A stretch of 64,000 nt of DNA from Octopus vulgaris (Eukaryota). Each line of letters begins with the position of its first letter. Position 1 is the stretch's first letter. The position numbers were made by a program, and so were the translations under genes. The stretch is from positions 114,762,001 through 114,826,000 of the forward strand of contig OX597817.1 in assembly GCA_951406725.2 (NCBI GenBank). The letters are read 5' to 3'. Below the pieces are notes generated by a model that worked only from the letters and a program-made list of their open reading frames with translations, was not told the origin of the DNA and searched no databases. Below are positions 1 to 14,144 of this stretch, piece by piece.

Positions 1-101
1 TTGACTGAAGACTGAGGGCTTCGAATGTCCTGTCTGTGTTTGTTGTATCGTCTTCTAAGTTCTTATGCGTTCTTGTCTCAGTTTGTATTTTTCTACATAT
101 C

Positions 102-138
<37 letters not shown>

Positions 139-609
139 TGATGATGATGATGATGATGTATATATATGTACATCTTTTGTTATTTATGGAAATGTGCATG
201 TACACATACATGCATGCAGGCACACATGCATGTGTGTATATGCGCACGTAGGTATGTCCAAAATGCCAAATGGTAAACCAACATCCAGTTTAGTGATTCT
301 GACAATTGCCATGCCGTTTATGGCTTTTGTGATTTTTATCTTGGAGCCATGTCTCATCTGTTGTGTACAATTCATGCATGTTCTTCACTTCTTCATAGTT
401 CGGCAGAAGTAAATGAGCTTGCTGTAGTTATTTTAGGCTTATTTCTATTTCTAGTGTTAATTTGTATGCCTAACACACTAACACACACACACACACTTGT
501 AAATTCATGCACACACAGAAACACACATGTATACATGCATACACACATAAGTATACACACTCGTATATGTCTTTAGATACATACATCCTTTAAAAATTTG
601 TGTAAACAT

Positions 610-661
<52 letters not shown>

Positions 662-699
662 CTATGGTAAACTCATTCAAAAACATGCTCATGCACATG

Positions 700-740
<41 letters not shown>

Positions 741-1636
741 TCTTTTTCTTTCTCTCTTAGCATTGCATACATATGCCAAACACTTCTTGCATACGTTTGC
801 GGAATCATGCACACACACACACACACACTCACACACACAAACACTGACTCATACACACACATGCGTGCATGTACACTATATCTCTTTCTCTTTCTCTCTC
901 TCACTCACTCTTTCTTTCACCCATTCTTTCTCTCACTCTTTCTATCTCTTATATGCATACTCTGTTGGGTTGGTGCTTCTTAGTGGAATTGCTGGATCAA
1001 TTAGACATTGAACAGAATGCCTTGCAGTATTTACTTTGGCTTTTAACATTCTACATTCATATTCTATTAAGTACCAATTAAGTGCTGGGGTCAATGGTAA
1101 CAGTGAACCCTCTCCTCAAAATTACTGCTAATTGTTTTTTGTTGTTGTTGTTGTTATTAATATTATTTCCTAAAAGATATCATTACTCCAAAATTAATGA
1201 AATCATGGCCTACTGGTTGGGGTGTTGCGCTCATGATAGCAAGATTATGGTCTTGATTCCCAGGCTGCTGCTGCTGCTGCTACTACTACTACTACTACTG
1301 CTGCTACTACTACTACTACTACTGCTGCCACTGCTACTGCTGCTGCTCCTGCTGCTGTTGCTGCCTTTAACAACTGTACAGCTCAGGTTCACAACAGAGC
1401 ACTCCTACATGTAGGACAGTGCTACTGCTATATTTGCAAACACCCTACCTGGCTGATCGGCATGAGGTCACTCAGACATTCATTTCAATCCTGATCCACA
1501 CATCTACTGCCCTTCCTTCTGCCTTTTCTTCTGTTACTACAATGACCTCTATTCCTTAGAATTGTTTGGTGTCATGCCATCTTCACTCAGACCCTCATGA
1601 TTCACTTGTATCTCCTCTTCCAATGTCTATCTAGTT

Positions 1637-1984
1637 CAGGGGTTCTCAACCATTTTTTGCCTATGGATCCCTTTGATTACTATTTTATTCTGGTGGACCT
1701 CCATAGCCATTTGAAGTTTAAAAATTAGTTTCATAGAAATTTCTTTCAAAATTCCTATTTTATTTTTCACACATTAACTCATGTAGGTTGAACTATGTAA
1801 AATGTTAGAGAAAGAAATCTAACTGTTTCTTGCAATACATACCAATACACATATCTGAAGCAAATTTTTTCAGGAGCCCTTAAAATACTATTGTGGATTC
1901 CCAGTTTACTATTTTGTTGTGTGGACCTCTTAAAGTCTTATATGGACCCTCAGGGGCTTTATGGACTCTGGTTGAGAACCACTG
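1637..1984 (+). mobile_element. hAT (Charlie/MER5-like) MITE
   Basis: TIRs caggggttctcaacc...ggttgagaaccactg. The body is shared with copies at 22409, 30064, 22059 and 18390. Confidence 0.8.
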
Positions 1985-3076
1985 GGTGTAGCCTGCCCCT
2001 TTGCATTAACTACTAAACTTAACACTGTATGGCAACACTATACTGTGACTCTGTACCCAGTCCTTTCTTTCCAGGTCATCAGTCCCCTATAATTTTCTTC
2101 TTACACATGTCTGTCCTGCAGTTGTTGAAATGTCTCAGAGGGGTTGCGAAGGCCATGAATATTGCTCCATCTTCCAGATTTAACAAAAACATAACTTGAA
2201 AAGCACAAGGATTAAATATTGAATTGAAGATTTTATGGCATCTAAATAAATGTGTGCCTGTCATTACATTTGTAACCAGAATATCCATGACCTGTTGGGT
2301 CACTGATGGTTATAAAACATTGAAGCTGATTTCAACATTGCATTGAAATGAAAGTTAATTTCATGATGATTCAATTGATGATTTCAATTCATTCATATCA
2401 TCATAGGTTTACAAGTTCATGTTTAAGGTTTTATTGATTATTTACAGCATCTAATAGAAACAAAACTTCCAGAATAAACTTCAGTAACAGCATTTATTTA
2501 TGGCATATGTACACACTTCTAGAAAAATGCGAAAGGAATTGTTATATAATGTAAGCATAAACATTAATGGAAACAATTTTCACAGTATTGTATATTCCCA
2601 TTTCAGGATTATGTTACTTTCCCATTACATTTCGATTATTTATGAAGGTACCCCAAAAAACCCTTGTTTCTTGGGAATCTCTGGTCCGATTTACACGAAA
2701 CTTGTTTTATTCCGTTTGTACTCACATTTCAGGGGCACCTAACTTTCAGAGTATTTTCCCATTATATCCCACTTTGGCTGTATTAAACTGCAGAAAAGCA
2801 CACTCAGGCAAGCAAGCAAGCACAGAGTTTTAGTAGTATATAGATTGACACAACTGAAATAATGCATAATCACTTATATAGATACATAATGAGATATGCC
2901 AAATCTAACTCTTGGTTTAACATTATAATCTGGCCTGTTCAGTACCTTTAGCAATGCACTCTGTTATAACCATTTGGGCCAGTTTACCAGTTTAAGGATA
3001 ATTTCCCTGATGTTCCTGGGCTCATGGGTGCTAATCTTCCTCATGTGACTGGTCCATAAAAAATAATACAAATATA

Positions 3077-3493
3077 GGTACAGGCATGGTTGTGTGGTAA
3101 GAAGCTTGGTTCTCAATCACATGGTTCTGGGTTCAGTCCCACTGTGTGGCAGCTGGGGCAAGTGTCCTATACTATAGTCTTGGGATGACCAAAGCCTTGT
3201 GAGTGGATTTGATAGGCCAAAAATGAAAGAAGCCTGTTGTGTGTGTGGGGGGGTGTATATATTTATGTATATATGTATGTGTGTGTCTTTGTGTCTGTGT
3301 TTGTCACCCCACCATCACTTGGCAACTGATGTTGGTGTGTTTACGTGCCCCGTAACTTAGAGGTTCGGCAAAAGAGGCTGACAAAATAAGTACTAGGCTT
3401 ACAAATAATAAGTCGATTTCTTCAAATAAAACCCTCTGAGATAGCGCTCCAGCATGGCTGCAGCCAAATGACTGAAACAAGTAGAAGAGTAAA
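3077..3493 (+). mobile_element. tRNA-derived SINE family A, near full length
   Basis: Pol III A-box-like tggttgtgtggtaag and B-box-like ggttcagtccc, a conserved body, an internal (TG/TA)n tract and the tail gactgaaacaagtaaaaga. More than 15 related copies occur in the window. Confidence 0.85.
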
Positions 3494-4314
3494 GGAAAAA
3501 CTAAAATAAAACATACCCATAAGCCCAGGTATACACACATATAGCTAAATATATATAGTAGAAATTATGTGTACAATTAGGTGTTTGACTGCTACTATTA
3601 TGTTTAGAGCCCTATGTAAGTTTTCATTATCTAGTCTGCTTTCTGTATAGTCATTAACTACTATACTGAGTAATGGTATCAGTTATGGGCTACAGAACAA
3701 ATGTAGAAAAACTAAGGATAAGCACAGTTTAAACTACCTTTAGCACAGTGTAGATGCATTATGACTCTGTATGAGTTACCTCTCTTCTCAGTGTGATACA
3801 ATGTACCTGAAACTACAGGGGAGAAAACCTGTATGGTGCTATGATGTACTTAAGTGTGCTAAAGGTTAAAGTCCCTACATCTGTTTCACCATTATGGTTC
3901 TTTTGGGGTCCTTATGATAGATATTCCAAATATGTATAAACGTTTGACCACAATGGATCCTCAGGGACTGAGGATTTATTGTGGTTGAGCATCTGTATGT
4001 AGTTGGAGCATCTATTGTTAAATATGTATGTAGAATATTTATATGCACATGCTGTACTATACACAATGTATATAATGTAGAAACACTTGTTGCGATATAT
4101 GTAGATATACACAGGTATTCACATACACACATTCTCTTTTACAAGCAATTATGACAATATAAAATATATTAAAACACACTTAAATAATCATATAAAGTCA
4201 CACATTGAAACACAAACAATGAATCGTGCAAGCAACAATTTCCATACAATTGCTACCTCCTATTTACTCATACACATGCACAGAGAGAGAGAGAGAGAGA
4301 GGGACAGAAAGAGG

Positions 4315-4352
<38 letters not shown>

Positions 4353-4879
4353 AACACACACACACATGCACACACACGCACACACACACAGAGGCAAAGA
4401 CCTATCTCCATCACCATCATTATTTATAATTTTCCCATGTTCTGGTGAAGATTTTCCTTGCATACATGAATGCTTGCTTTACCCTGAACAAACATGCTTC
4501 TTTGTTAGTTTGGTTAGCTGCTGAGCTTCTGCTGAAATGCATTTCTCAAAGCTTACCAGCTGTGTTTTCTCATCAATTTCCTGTCCTCCTATAAAGCAGG
4601 TAGCTATCTCTCTCTCTCTCTCTCTCCTCACACACATGATGCATTTACAGTGACCCTGATAATTCACAGTCTGCAATACAGGTTCAACTCCTAGCTGAGT
4701 TATTTCCACATGATTTACTCATCTTATATGCCATGACTCATGGGAACCTTCAACACAGATTTGTTCCTCACTTCACATGCTCTGTGTAGCATGGTGATGT
4801 GCATGTAGGTATTTATATATTTTTTTATTGTTTGTGTATGCATATATGTGCATATGCATTTATACATGCATATATGTAT

Positions 4880-5480
4880 GACATTATAAATTTTTACTTC
4901 AAGATTTCTTGCCAATAGAAGAGCCAGTTTTTGTCATATCCAAGGCTTCTTCATTGAAATTTTAACAACATCAATAGGGTATTTTTGCATGTATTTGTAT
5001 TTTGAGAAGCCTAATTTCTCACGATCGGTACTCAGGCAGTGTGTTAATATCCCAATGTTCCGATAATTACAGTTATAAATCTGAACTTGTAATCTAGGTA
5101 GAGTAACTGTAGATTTCTCAATAGTTCAAAATATGTATTTTCTTTTTCATTGATCTTTAACCTTATGTTAACATCTGCTGGGCAGCTGATTTCCACCTCT
5201 GTTCACAGTTTCCCTTCTCTGTCCCAAATCCCTATATCTATATTTTATTGAGGTTTTCATTTGGACATTCCACCAGTACTATTTATTATGAGTGGTTATG
5301 GCCTCTACCATAATGTGAGTTCTTATTTCTTTGATCTCAGAGTTATCCTTTCAACGGATCTCATTATACAGTGTCTTGGCTACGTATAAGCTCATCAATT
5401 GATAATACCATGATGATATTTTTGGATAACTGCTTATGTTGTGAGTGATGTCTTTGGTATTAGCTCCACAAAATCTGCAT
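4880..5480 (-). mobile_element. R4-like non-LTR retrotransposon relic (CCHC knuckle plus REL endonuclease)
   Basis: Reads CRFCGANTKDITHNISSYP..VAKTLYN..YWWN..IWDR..VEISCPADVNIRLKINEKENTY.ELLRNLQLLY..FITVIIGTLG with stops and shifts. Confidence 0.8.
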
Positions 5481-5515
5481 CAGTTATCACATTATTTATA
5501 TCTGTCTGTCTTTCC

Positions 5516-5597
<82 letters not shown>

Positions 5598-6869
5598 ATG
5601 TATGTATGTATGTATAATAACTATGATACCTGATTATAGTCAATATATTCCTAAGAGATGACTGTCTAGCAGACTGGTTTGCCCTCCATTGAGATGAGGC
5701 CCTCAATGCTCACCAGATAATCTATTAAAGACCTCAAGATGGAATCTGTTTTTATCCTTGATGTTATCACAAAATGAAGGACAGTGGGCCAGAGATTCAT
5801 TAATGTGACAGACAAAATCATTGTAGAGTATATTTTTTAATAGTTTTGTCAGAAGACAAATGGTAGTCCCTATGATCTATTTTCATGACATGTGAGAGTG
5901 ATGGAAGGAAGCAAAAAAGTTATCCTCAGACCCATCAGCAATTTTCCAGCTGTATGGTGTTGTATACAGAGAGATATTATGTTATTTTTCGAATCAGTGG
6001 CTTGGTCAGAGTACTTGTTACAGAGAAAACTTTGCAAAAATCATTGAAGGGCCAGATGGTGTTAAACTAGGTAATAGATTAAATATACCACTCAAAATCA
6101 AGAACTCTTCCTCTACAGGCTTCAATGCAGTCTCCCTACCTATCAGTGTGTACTGAAGAGCCAGATTGTGATGCTCAACCAAGAGATAGATTAGATTTAC
6201 CATTCATGCTATCTCAAAGGTAATGTTTTAAGTGGATTTACAGATGTGATTATGTTTTCTTCCAGTTGTGCCAATTACAAATGTGATGATGTACTCATTT
6301 TTTTAAATGGGATACTTGCCCAAGGTGCTGTGCTGTGATATTGAACATAAAACCATATCGTTTTACATTCCCATGTTCAGTTCCTACTAAGGTCAATGTC
6401 ACATTTCATCCTTCCATGATTGGTAATATAATGAAATCAATATAATTTACTAAAACAGAAAAGATGTATTACATGATAGGTACACTAGGTTAGGATAAAA
6501 GACAGGATGGTCACAGCTGGAACACCTTCAATAATAGATCTGTTCAAAGTGTGTAACTTGCTGCTAAACAGCAACAACATCCTTCCAGATAATCTAAATG
6601 AAAAGTTGGGTTTTGTTAATGAATTTTGTATTACACTATTTTGTTTTACTTTTTTTTTTTCTGGGTTTTGTAATTTCACCGACTCCTACTTTTGAGTTGA
6701 AATTTTTCCAAAATAAATTACAATTCTTTGCTCCATCAATATGGATGTGTGTCAAGCACTGTGGTTCAAGAGGTCATGGAGCAGTTTCCATTTCTGACTG
6801 AAGCCAATTTATTTTCAGTTTTGATGATGGATAATGTGGTCCTCTAATGCAGTATGTTCAAAAAGTCTC

Positions 6870-7140
6870 TCCGCAGTGAATTTTTTGGTGAATAGATTAT
6901 TTTGAAGGGACTTTAGCCACCAAGATCAACTGATTGAACACCACCAGACTTTTTGTCTGGGGAGCAAGTAAAGGATCAGTGTAAAAGAATCACCCAAAAG
7001 CCATTAATGAGCTAAAAGATGCAATCATAACTTTCACAGTCCATACCATGTCAGACTCTCCAAGATGTATTTCAAAATATGTGTAAAAGAGTCAACTTAT
7101 GTATTGAAAATGAAGGATGACACTTCAACACCACTTATAA
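6870..7140 (+). pseudogene. C-terminal relic of an IS630-Tc1-mariner transposase
   Basis: Translates with stops and shifts to IILKGL*PPRSTD*TPPDF..WG..NHPKAINELKDAI..LQDVFQNMCKRVNLCIENEG*HF. This matches the WPPRSPDLTPxDFxLWG...R...CI...G.HF pattern. Confidence 0.75.
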
Positions 7141-7147
7141 GTTTTTT

Positions 7148-7462
7148 CTACTATAGCCTTGGGCCAACTAAAGCCTTGTGAGTGGATTTGGTAAATGAAA
7201 ACTGAGAGAAGCCCGTAGTATGTATGTATATATATGTGTGTGTGTATATGTTTGTGTGTCTGTGTTTGTTCCCCCAGCATTGCTTGACAACCAATGCTGG
7301 TGTGTTTATGTCCCCGTAACTTAGCGGTTCGGCAAAAAAGAGACCGATAGAATAAGTACCAGGCTTACAAAGAATAAGTCCTAGGGTCAATTTGCTTGAC
7401 TAAAGGTGGTGCTCCAGCATGGCCACAGTCAAATGACTGAAACAAGTAAAAGAGTAAAGAGT
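7148..7462 (+). mobile_element. SINE family A, 5'-truncated
   Basis: Matches the body and tail of 39686-40083. Confidence 0.85.
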
Positions 7463-7667
7463 ATGGTTTGTGATTTAGAAAAGTTTGAAGGCTACAGAGT
7501 TTGCACTACTTATCTACTTTGACTTGTTTATTTTTTCCCATATTTCTTTTCCCATATTTTCCCATATTTCTTTTTGCAACCCTTTTTGAAATTACAGTCC
7601 ATCTCTGAGGATGTTAATCCCTTACTGCATTCGAATTATTAATTAGGAGGATACAGTCATATATATA

Positions 7668-8097
7668 CCTTTTATCTGTTTCAGTCATTAGACTGTGGCC
7701 ATGGTGGGGCATCACCTTGAAGAAGATTTAGCTCAGTGAAACAACTCCAGTACTTCTTTTTAAAACCTGGTACTTATTCTATCAATCTTTTTTGCTAAAC
7801 TACTAAGTTATGGGTATGTAAACACACCAGCACCAGTTGTCAAGTGGTGGTGGTGGGGGACAAACACACACAAACACACACACAAACACACAAACACACA
7901 CACACACACAAACACACAAACACACACACACACACACACACACAATGCTTCTTTCGGTTTCTGTCTACCAAACCCACTCCCAAAGCTTTGGTTGGCCTGA
8001 GGCTCTTGTAGAAGACACTTGCCCAAGGTGTCATGCAGTGGGAGTGAACCCAGAACTGTGTGGTTGGGAAGCAAGCTTCTTAACACACAGCCACCCT
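7668..8097 (-). mobile_element. SINE family A (a further partial + copy at ~8250-8410)
   Basis: Reverse-complement match to family A. Confidence 0.85.
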
Positions 8098-8824
8098 TCA
8101 TACTATACACTGCTCCCGATCCTTGTTAGAAAATCCATGTAAACAGAGTCAGGACAGACCAGTATGTGGTTGCATTGAATCATGTAATCTGTAATAATGG
8201 AGTCGAGGATATCATTCTCAGAACTTGGTTTGACTTTATTGTTATATGATAGGCATGGCAGTGTAGTAAGAAGCTTGCTTTCCAATCACATAGTTCCAGG
8301 TTCAGTCCCACTGCAAGACACCTCAGACAAGTGTCTTCTACCATAGCTTTGGGCCAACCAAAGCCTTGTGAGTGGATTTGGTAGACAGAAACTGAAAGAA
8401 TCTCATTGTGTGTGTGTATATATATATATATAAATATCTTGCAATTGAGAAGTGGGTAGTTGATTTCATAGATCCCAGTACTTGGCCGGTACTTTCTTTT
8501 ATGGACTCTGAAAGGATGAAAGGTAAAGTTTACCTCAGTAACTAGTCATTTACAGTCATTTAAATTTCTTAATGTAGGTCTCCTTTCCCTCTTCTTCTAA
8601 ATCTCCACACTTCTCGTTTCCATACCACAGCCTTCATCTACCTCCCAACTGCATTTATTAAACTTCCCCTAACTCCAATTGTAAAATAATGCAAAATAAT
8701 TATTATACACTAAAATAAATTACTTTTCCATGATGTTGGCTGTGAAACAATTGTAATCTTATGGATATCAACTAGTGAAATATATTAATTTCATACTTCC
8801 TGATTTTCTTTTTATATGTATGTG

Positions 8825-8865
<41 letters not shown>

Positions 8866-9854
8866 ATATGCATGTGTGTGTGTGTGTGTGTGTGTGCATA
8901 TGCATGTGTGTATGTGTGTGTTTGACAGTCTGTAGAAAATCTGTCTCCCTGAATTCTATCTGACCCATATCAGCTTGAAAAGAAGATGTTAAACTGACGA
9001 TTAATGATGATGAAGTGGGCAATGTTAGCTGTACACAATTTGTATCAGCACGTGTGCCTTTTCAGTGCAGTCTTATATATCAAGGAAAATAACGTTATAC
9101 TTACACAGCTCAGAAAGGAAGAATCGGATTATCAGAACGAAATTGTTGTGTTAAATGTTTATGCGCAGTTTAAAATAGCATGTGAGAGTGAAAGAGATTT
9201 ATTTATATGCCAAAGGCAAGAGGCACTTCATCAGAAATTCAAATATTAGGTTCATTAGAATTTCAAATATTATATTCCTCAAGGCTGTATGTAACTTCCT
9301 CATTGTCCTTTATGGGTTCAACTCATTTTTGCGTGTGCATGAGAGACATGCGATTCCATAGTGAGTTTCAACCAGTATCTGAAAACCAAGAATGCTGTAA
9401 CACTGTCACGGAAAAGAATCTTATTCAGACTGTGGTTGAAATACTCTTTGTTCTTGATATCAAAATATTAAATACATACAAAGAATATTGTTCATACTTA
9501 CTTTCCTTGATATATATATATACAGTAATTTGATTACTCTATGCATTAAGATATTTGAATTTCTGATGAACTGCCCCTTGCCTTTGGCAAAGAAATAAGT
9601 CTCTTTCACTTTCACATGCCATTTCGAAACTACGTGTAACTCTTTGACTTTTCGAACTGAATACAACAATTTCGTTTAATTAATTCTTTCTGAACTTCCA
9701 CAAATATAATGAAGTTTTCCTTAAATTGTAAAACTGACGCTAAAAAAAAAGGCACAAATGCTGATATGATAAATATGTCTGTGTGCTGTGGTTTTCATGT
9801 GAACAGTATGGGTTCTGGGTTGGTGGTGGCACTGATGTTGTTGCTGTTGATTAC

Positions 9855-10280
9855 CTCCTCCTCTTCCTCTTGCATCCTTCCTCTCTCTCCTCTTTCATCC
9901 TTCCTCTCTCTCCTCTTCCATCCTTTCTCTCTTTCCTCTTCCATCCTCCCTCTCTCCTATTTCATCCTTCCTCTCTCTCCTCTTCCATGCTTCCTCTCTC
10001 TCTTCTCTCCTACTGACCATTCTCTTTCTTCTTCTTCTTCTTTTTCTCCCCCTCCTCCTCCTCCCCATCTTCTTCCTCCTCCTCCTCCTCCTCTTTTTCT
10101 CCCTGCACCTCCCCTTCTTTTTTCCTCCTCCTTCCTCCCACCCATCCACTCCACCCACACCCCTCCTCCCCACCCTCCTTTTCTTCCTCTACTTCCCCTC
10201 CCCTCCTTCCTTCTTCCTTCTCCCCCTTTACTTTCTTTATTCGTTTTCTTTTTTCCTTTTATCTTTCTTTTCCTTCCTCA
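9855..10280 (+). repeat. Polypyrimidine low-complexity tract
   Basis: About 420 nt that are almost only C/T, with a repeated tcatccttcctctctctcctct unit. Confidence 0.9.
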
Positions 10281-10616
10281 CTACACTTAACTTTGATTGA
10301 TACTCAATTTCGTTCCAAAAGCTGCTGTTCACTAAAAAAAAAAAAAAAAAAAAACCTTACCAACTACCACAACCACAACCAAATAAACCAGACACCAGCA
10401 TCACCATAGCAGCCTTAACTTCCATCAGCATTCATTCTATAAACATACATAACTTGATTTTATCCTCACATTTTACACAACCCACCCAGATGCTAGAATC
10501 TGCATGCAACCAACATTAGTTATTTCTGGCAACCAGTCTTTTAAAATTGGTCTAGCTTTGATATTGATGACAAATGTGCTAGTATATCTGTAGGTATATC
10601 TCTTTCACTCTCATTC

Positions 10617-10649
<33 letters not shown>

Positions 10650-10662
10650 GATGATGATGATG

Positions 10663-10715
<53 letters not shown>

Positions 10716-10955
10716 CACATGCACACACACACATTATATATGCATATATACACATATAAGCATGTATGCATGCAGGTGTCTGTATACATATGCACACACG
10801 TTCAGCTGAACTGTATTTTGCTTATGACATATGTATGTATGTGTGTGTATATATATATATATGTGTGTGTGTATATATATGTATATATATATATATGTGT
10901 GTGTGTGTATATGTATATAACATATACACTTGTTTAGAGTGTGTATGTGTATATA

Positions 10956-12225
10956 TGAGGGGCGTTCAATAAGTAATGCCCCTGACCCACTTCCCATAGC
11001 AGTAGAGCAACGACACTTGGCACAGTTATTAGTCTTTTCCTACATAGGAACTACCCAGAGTTATGCATTTCTCCCATCGCTTGATACAGCTCTGGAGACC
11101 GTTTTTGTAGAAGACCCCAGCTTGGTCCTCCAACCACGACGTGACTTCAGAAATCAAGGCTGCATCATCTGGGAAACGCTTTCCTTTCAAAATCAACTTC
11201 ATGGCTGGAAAGAGGTGAAAATCAGAGGGTGCAAGGGGAGGAGTTCATAGCTGCATGCCTGTGCTTCTGATCTGGCGACACGCGAGCTGTGGACTGGAGC
11301 GTTGTCCTGCAGGAGGAGGATGCCTTTGCTGATCTTGCCCTGCCTCTTGATTTTGATAGCTTCTCTTAATTTCCTCAAAAGTGAAGCATAATAGGCTCCT
11401 GTAATTGTGGTACCCTTTGCCAGGAAATCTGTCATCACTACTCCGCCCTGGTCCCAGAAGACTGTGAGCATAACCTTGTCAGCGGAGGGCTGCACCCTTG
11501 CCTTCTTTGGAGGAGGTGAGTCACGGTGCTTTCACTGCATTGACTGGGCTTTGGTCTATGGATCATAGTGATGGACCCAGGTTTTATCCTGTGTGATCAG
11601 TCTTTTGAAAAATTTTGACTCATCTTCTTGGCACATCTCCAAATTCATCCTCGAGCACTCAACGCGTTCTTGCTTCTGGAAAGGTGTGAGCAACCTGGAA
11701 ATCCATCTGGCAGACACCTTTTGCATATGCAAATGGTCATGAATGATAGTTTCCACAGACCCGGTACTAATCCTGACCTTATGGGCTATTTGGCGAATAG
11801 TTATGTGTTGACCTTCCAAAATGGCAGCCTCAACTTGACGGACAGATGTCTCATCAACGGCAGAAGGGGGCGACCAGATCTGGGAGCTGTTTCCACAGAG
11901 TTCTGACTATGTTTGAATTCACAATGCCAGCGTTTTACAAGGTCATATGATGGGGCATCATCACCATAAGTTACTTTCATTTCATGAAAAGTCTCCCGTG
12001 GTGTGCGTCCTTTCAAATACAAAAACCAGATCACTGCTCGACACTCAACAGGCTCCATTTCACACTTGACTCAGTTCAAACACCTGTAAATCAGAAACCA
12101 CAATTAGTTCAGAGCTGTAATTCGCCACTTCATCTATAGAGGTATAATTAAGTGCACATGCAAAATTTCAGCTAGATCAAACAACTGCAAGTGGGTCAGG
12201 GGCATTACTTATTGAACGCCCCTCG
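10956..12225 (-). mobile_element. Full-length decayed mariner DNA transposon (~1270 bp; probably irritans-like)
   Basis: The 37-bp TIRs (t/c)gaggggcgttcaataagtaatgcccctgacccactt lie at 10956-10992 and 12189-12225 with one mismatch. TA flanks both ends, the length is typical of mariner, and a transposase pseudogene lies inside. Confidence 0.96.
11029..12058 (-). pseudogene. Mariner DD34D-type transposase pseudogene
   Basis: Joined ORF pieces read MEPVECRAVIWFLYLKG..RSGRP (HTH), KVSARWISRLL (WVPRxL motif), LITQDKTWVHHYDP, KVMLTVFWD, LLLQDNAPVH, APSDFHLF..RWEKCI..YV. There are frameshifts and stops, and a deletion removes most of the YSPDL motif. Confidence 0.93.
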
Positions 12226-12296
12226 TACCATATGAATGAATGTATGGTTATGTATGTGTATTTGTGTATATCTGTCTGTCTGTCTGTCTCTCTCTC

Positions 12297-12366
<70 letters not shown>

Positions 12367-14144
12367 TTAGCTGAACTGTATTATGCTTATCATATTACAG
12401 TGTTGGCAAAGTCATTGACATTCTACAAGAGGTGATGTAGCACCTGGTAAAATTCAGTAACATACTACCAATTGATGTTCAAATTTTGCACCAATTAACT
12501 CCCTTCTTGCTGTTGCTGCTGCCTCTTTTCTAACCTGAGGTTTTAGGAATACAGTCACAAGGACTTTTTGCCATTTATACTGTGTGCTTTTGGTTTGATA
12601 GAGTAACAATATTTGTTCCAGATTTTTGTCAAGCTACCTTGAACTGTGATTAAAATCCTTTGTCTCACTCCAGAATTTTCTCTTTAATGAGTCTATATCT
12701 TCCTGGGAAGGAGCCTTCATGACATTTATTAATAGTCCCCTTACGTCTATGGTTTCAATTAAATTTCCCTGTTTTCCTTAATTTAGTTTAAGCTACTCTC
12801 TTTTGATGCTGAAGTCTTTTGCTAATGGCTTTTGGTTCCTGTATGAGGATGGTTAATCTGTATCCCATTGTTTTCGTTTTACAATCTCGAGACATTTTAC
12901 TATTTTATTGGTGGCAAGTGTATTTATTTGTCTACTGTATTTTCTGGCATACAAATTGACATAGTATATAATGTAAACATGTACTGTTAGCATTCAAACA
13001 TTGTCACTATCTCACTATCTTTCCAAATCCTGCTGCATTTCACATGGAATTTTTGGACCTCCAAATCATCTTGGTGTATAAGTCAACCTACCATTTTTGG
13101 TTATAAATTTTGGTCTGCAAAAATTCAACTTGTCTGCTGGAAATTATGATTTTTGCTTTTGATGAGCAGTGTGCCTTGATTGATAGTTTTCTGTTTCAAA
13201 CTCCATGATAGCACTTTTCTTTTTTATTGTTTTGCTTTTCTTTAATTCTTCTGTGTCTCCAAGTTGTTTTATTTGCTGTCACTTAGAGGCTTATAAACAA
13301 GTGTTCAGTTAGCCAAAATGTGGGGTCTTTGCTGATGACTTCTAGAACCATCACAGTTGCATGACCATTGGAAACTCATTCCGGTCTCTGCTTAACTATC
13401 TGTCATTCCTTCATTTTATTTTTTGGTCCTGATTGAAGTTTTACTCGTTGGAGAAAAACCAAAGCATCCTAGCCTCTTGGTATTTTAACTTGTTTAGCAG
13501 AGCACTTTCCATTGATTGAACGATTTTCTCTTGTCACATCTGATATAAACTGACCCTCCAAATCACATGCACAACTTTTCTGATGGTTCATTCTGAAACA
13601 TAAACACAGCAACACTAGTCACACTAATCAAGTGATGGTGAATGGCCAAACACAGACATAAAAATACACACATACACACACACACACACACACACATGTC
13701 ATTGTCATCATCATCATCAAACGTTCATTTCCCATGCTGGCATATGTTGGACAGTTTTATTGAAAACAGTTAAGCTGGGGAGATGCACCAGATTCCAATC
13801 TGATGTGGCATGGTTTCTATGGTTGGATGCCTTTCCTAATACCAACCACTCCAAGAGTATAGTGAGTACTTTTTACGTGCCACAATCATTGGTGCCAGTT
13901 ACGCAACACTGGTATTAGCCATGTCTATGGTCTTACTTGGCTTGACATGTCTTCTCAAGCATGGTGTATTGCCAAAGGTCTTGGTCACTTGTCACTGCCT
14001 CTGTGAGGTCCAAAGTTTGAACAGTGCTTTTTATGTACCACCAGCATGGGTGCCAGTTATATAACATCGGCATTGGCCATGATTACATTTTCACTTGGCT
14101 TGGTGGGTCTTCTCAAGCACAGAATATCACCCAACATTCAAAAG

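Noticed and set aside
1-45. ctgaaga...tcgaatgtcc hammerhead-like motif at the window edge
   Set aside because: GAAA is incomplete and helix I cannot be assessed because the window cuts it off.
9709-10290. 193-aa Pro/Leu/Ser-rich ORF
   Set aside because: It is a by-product of a polypyrimidine tract that cannot contain stop codons.
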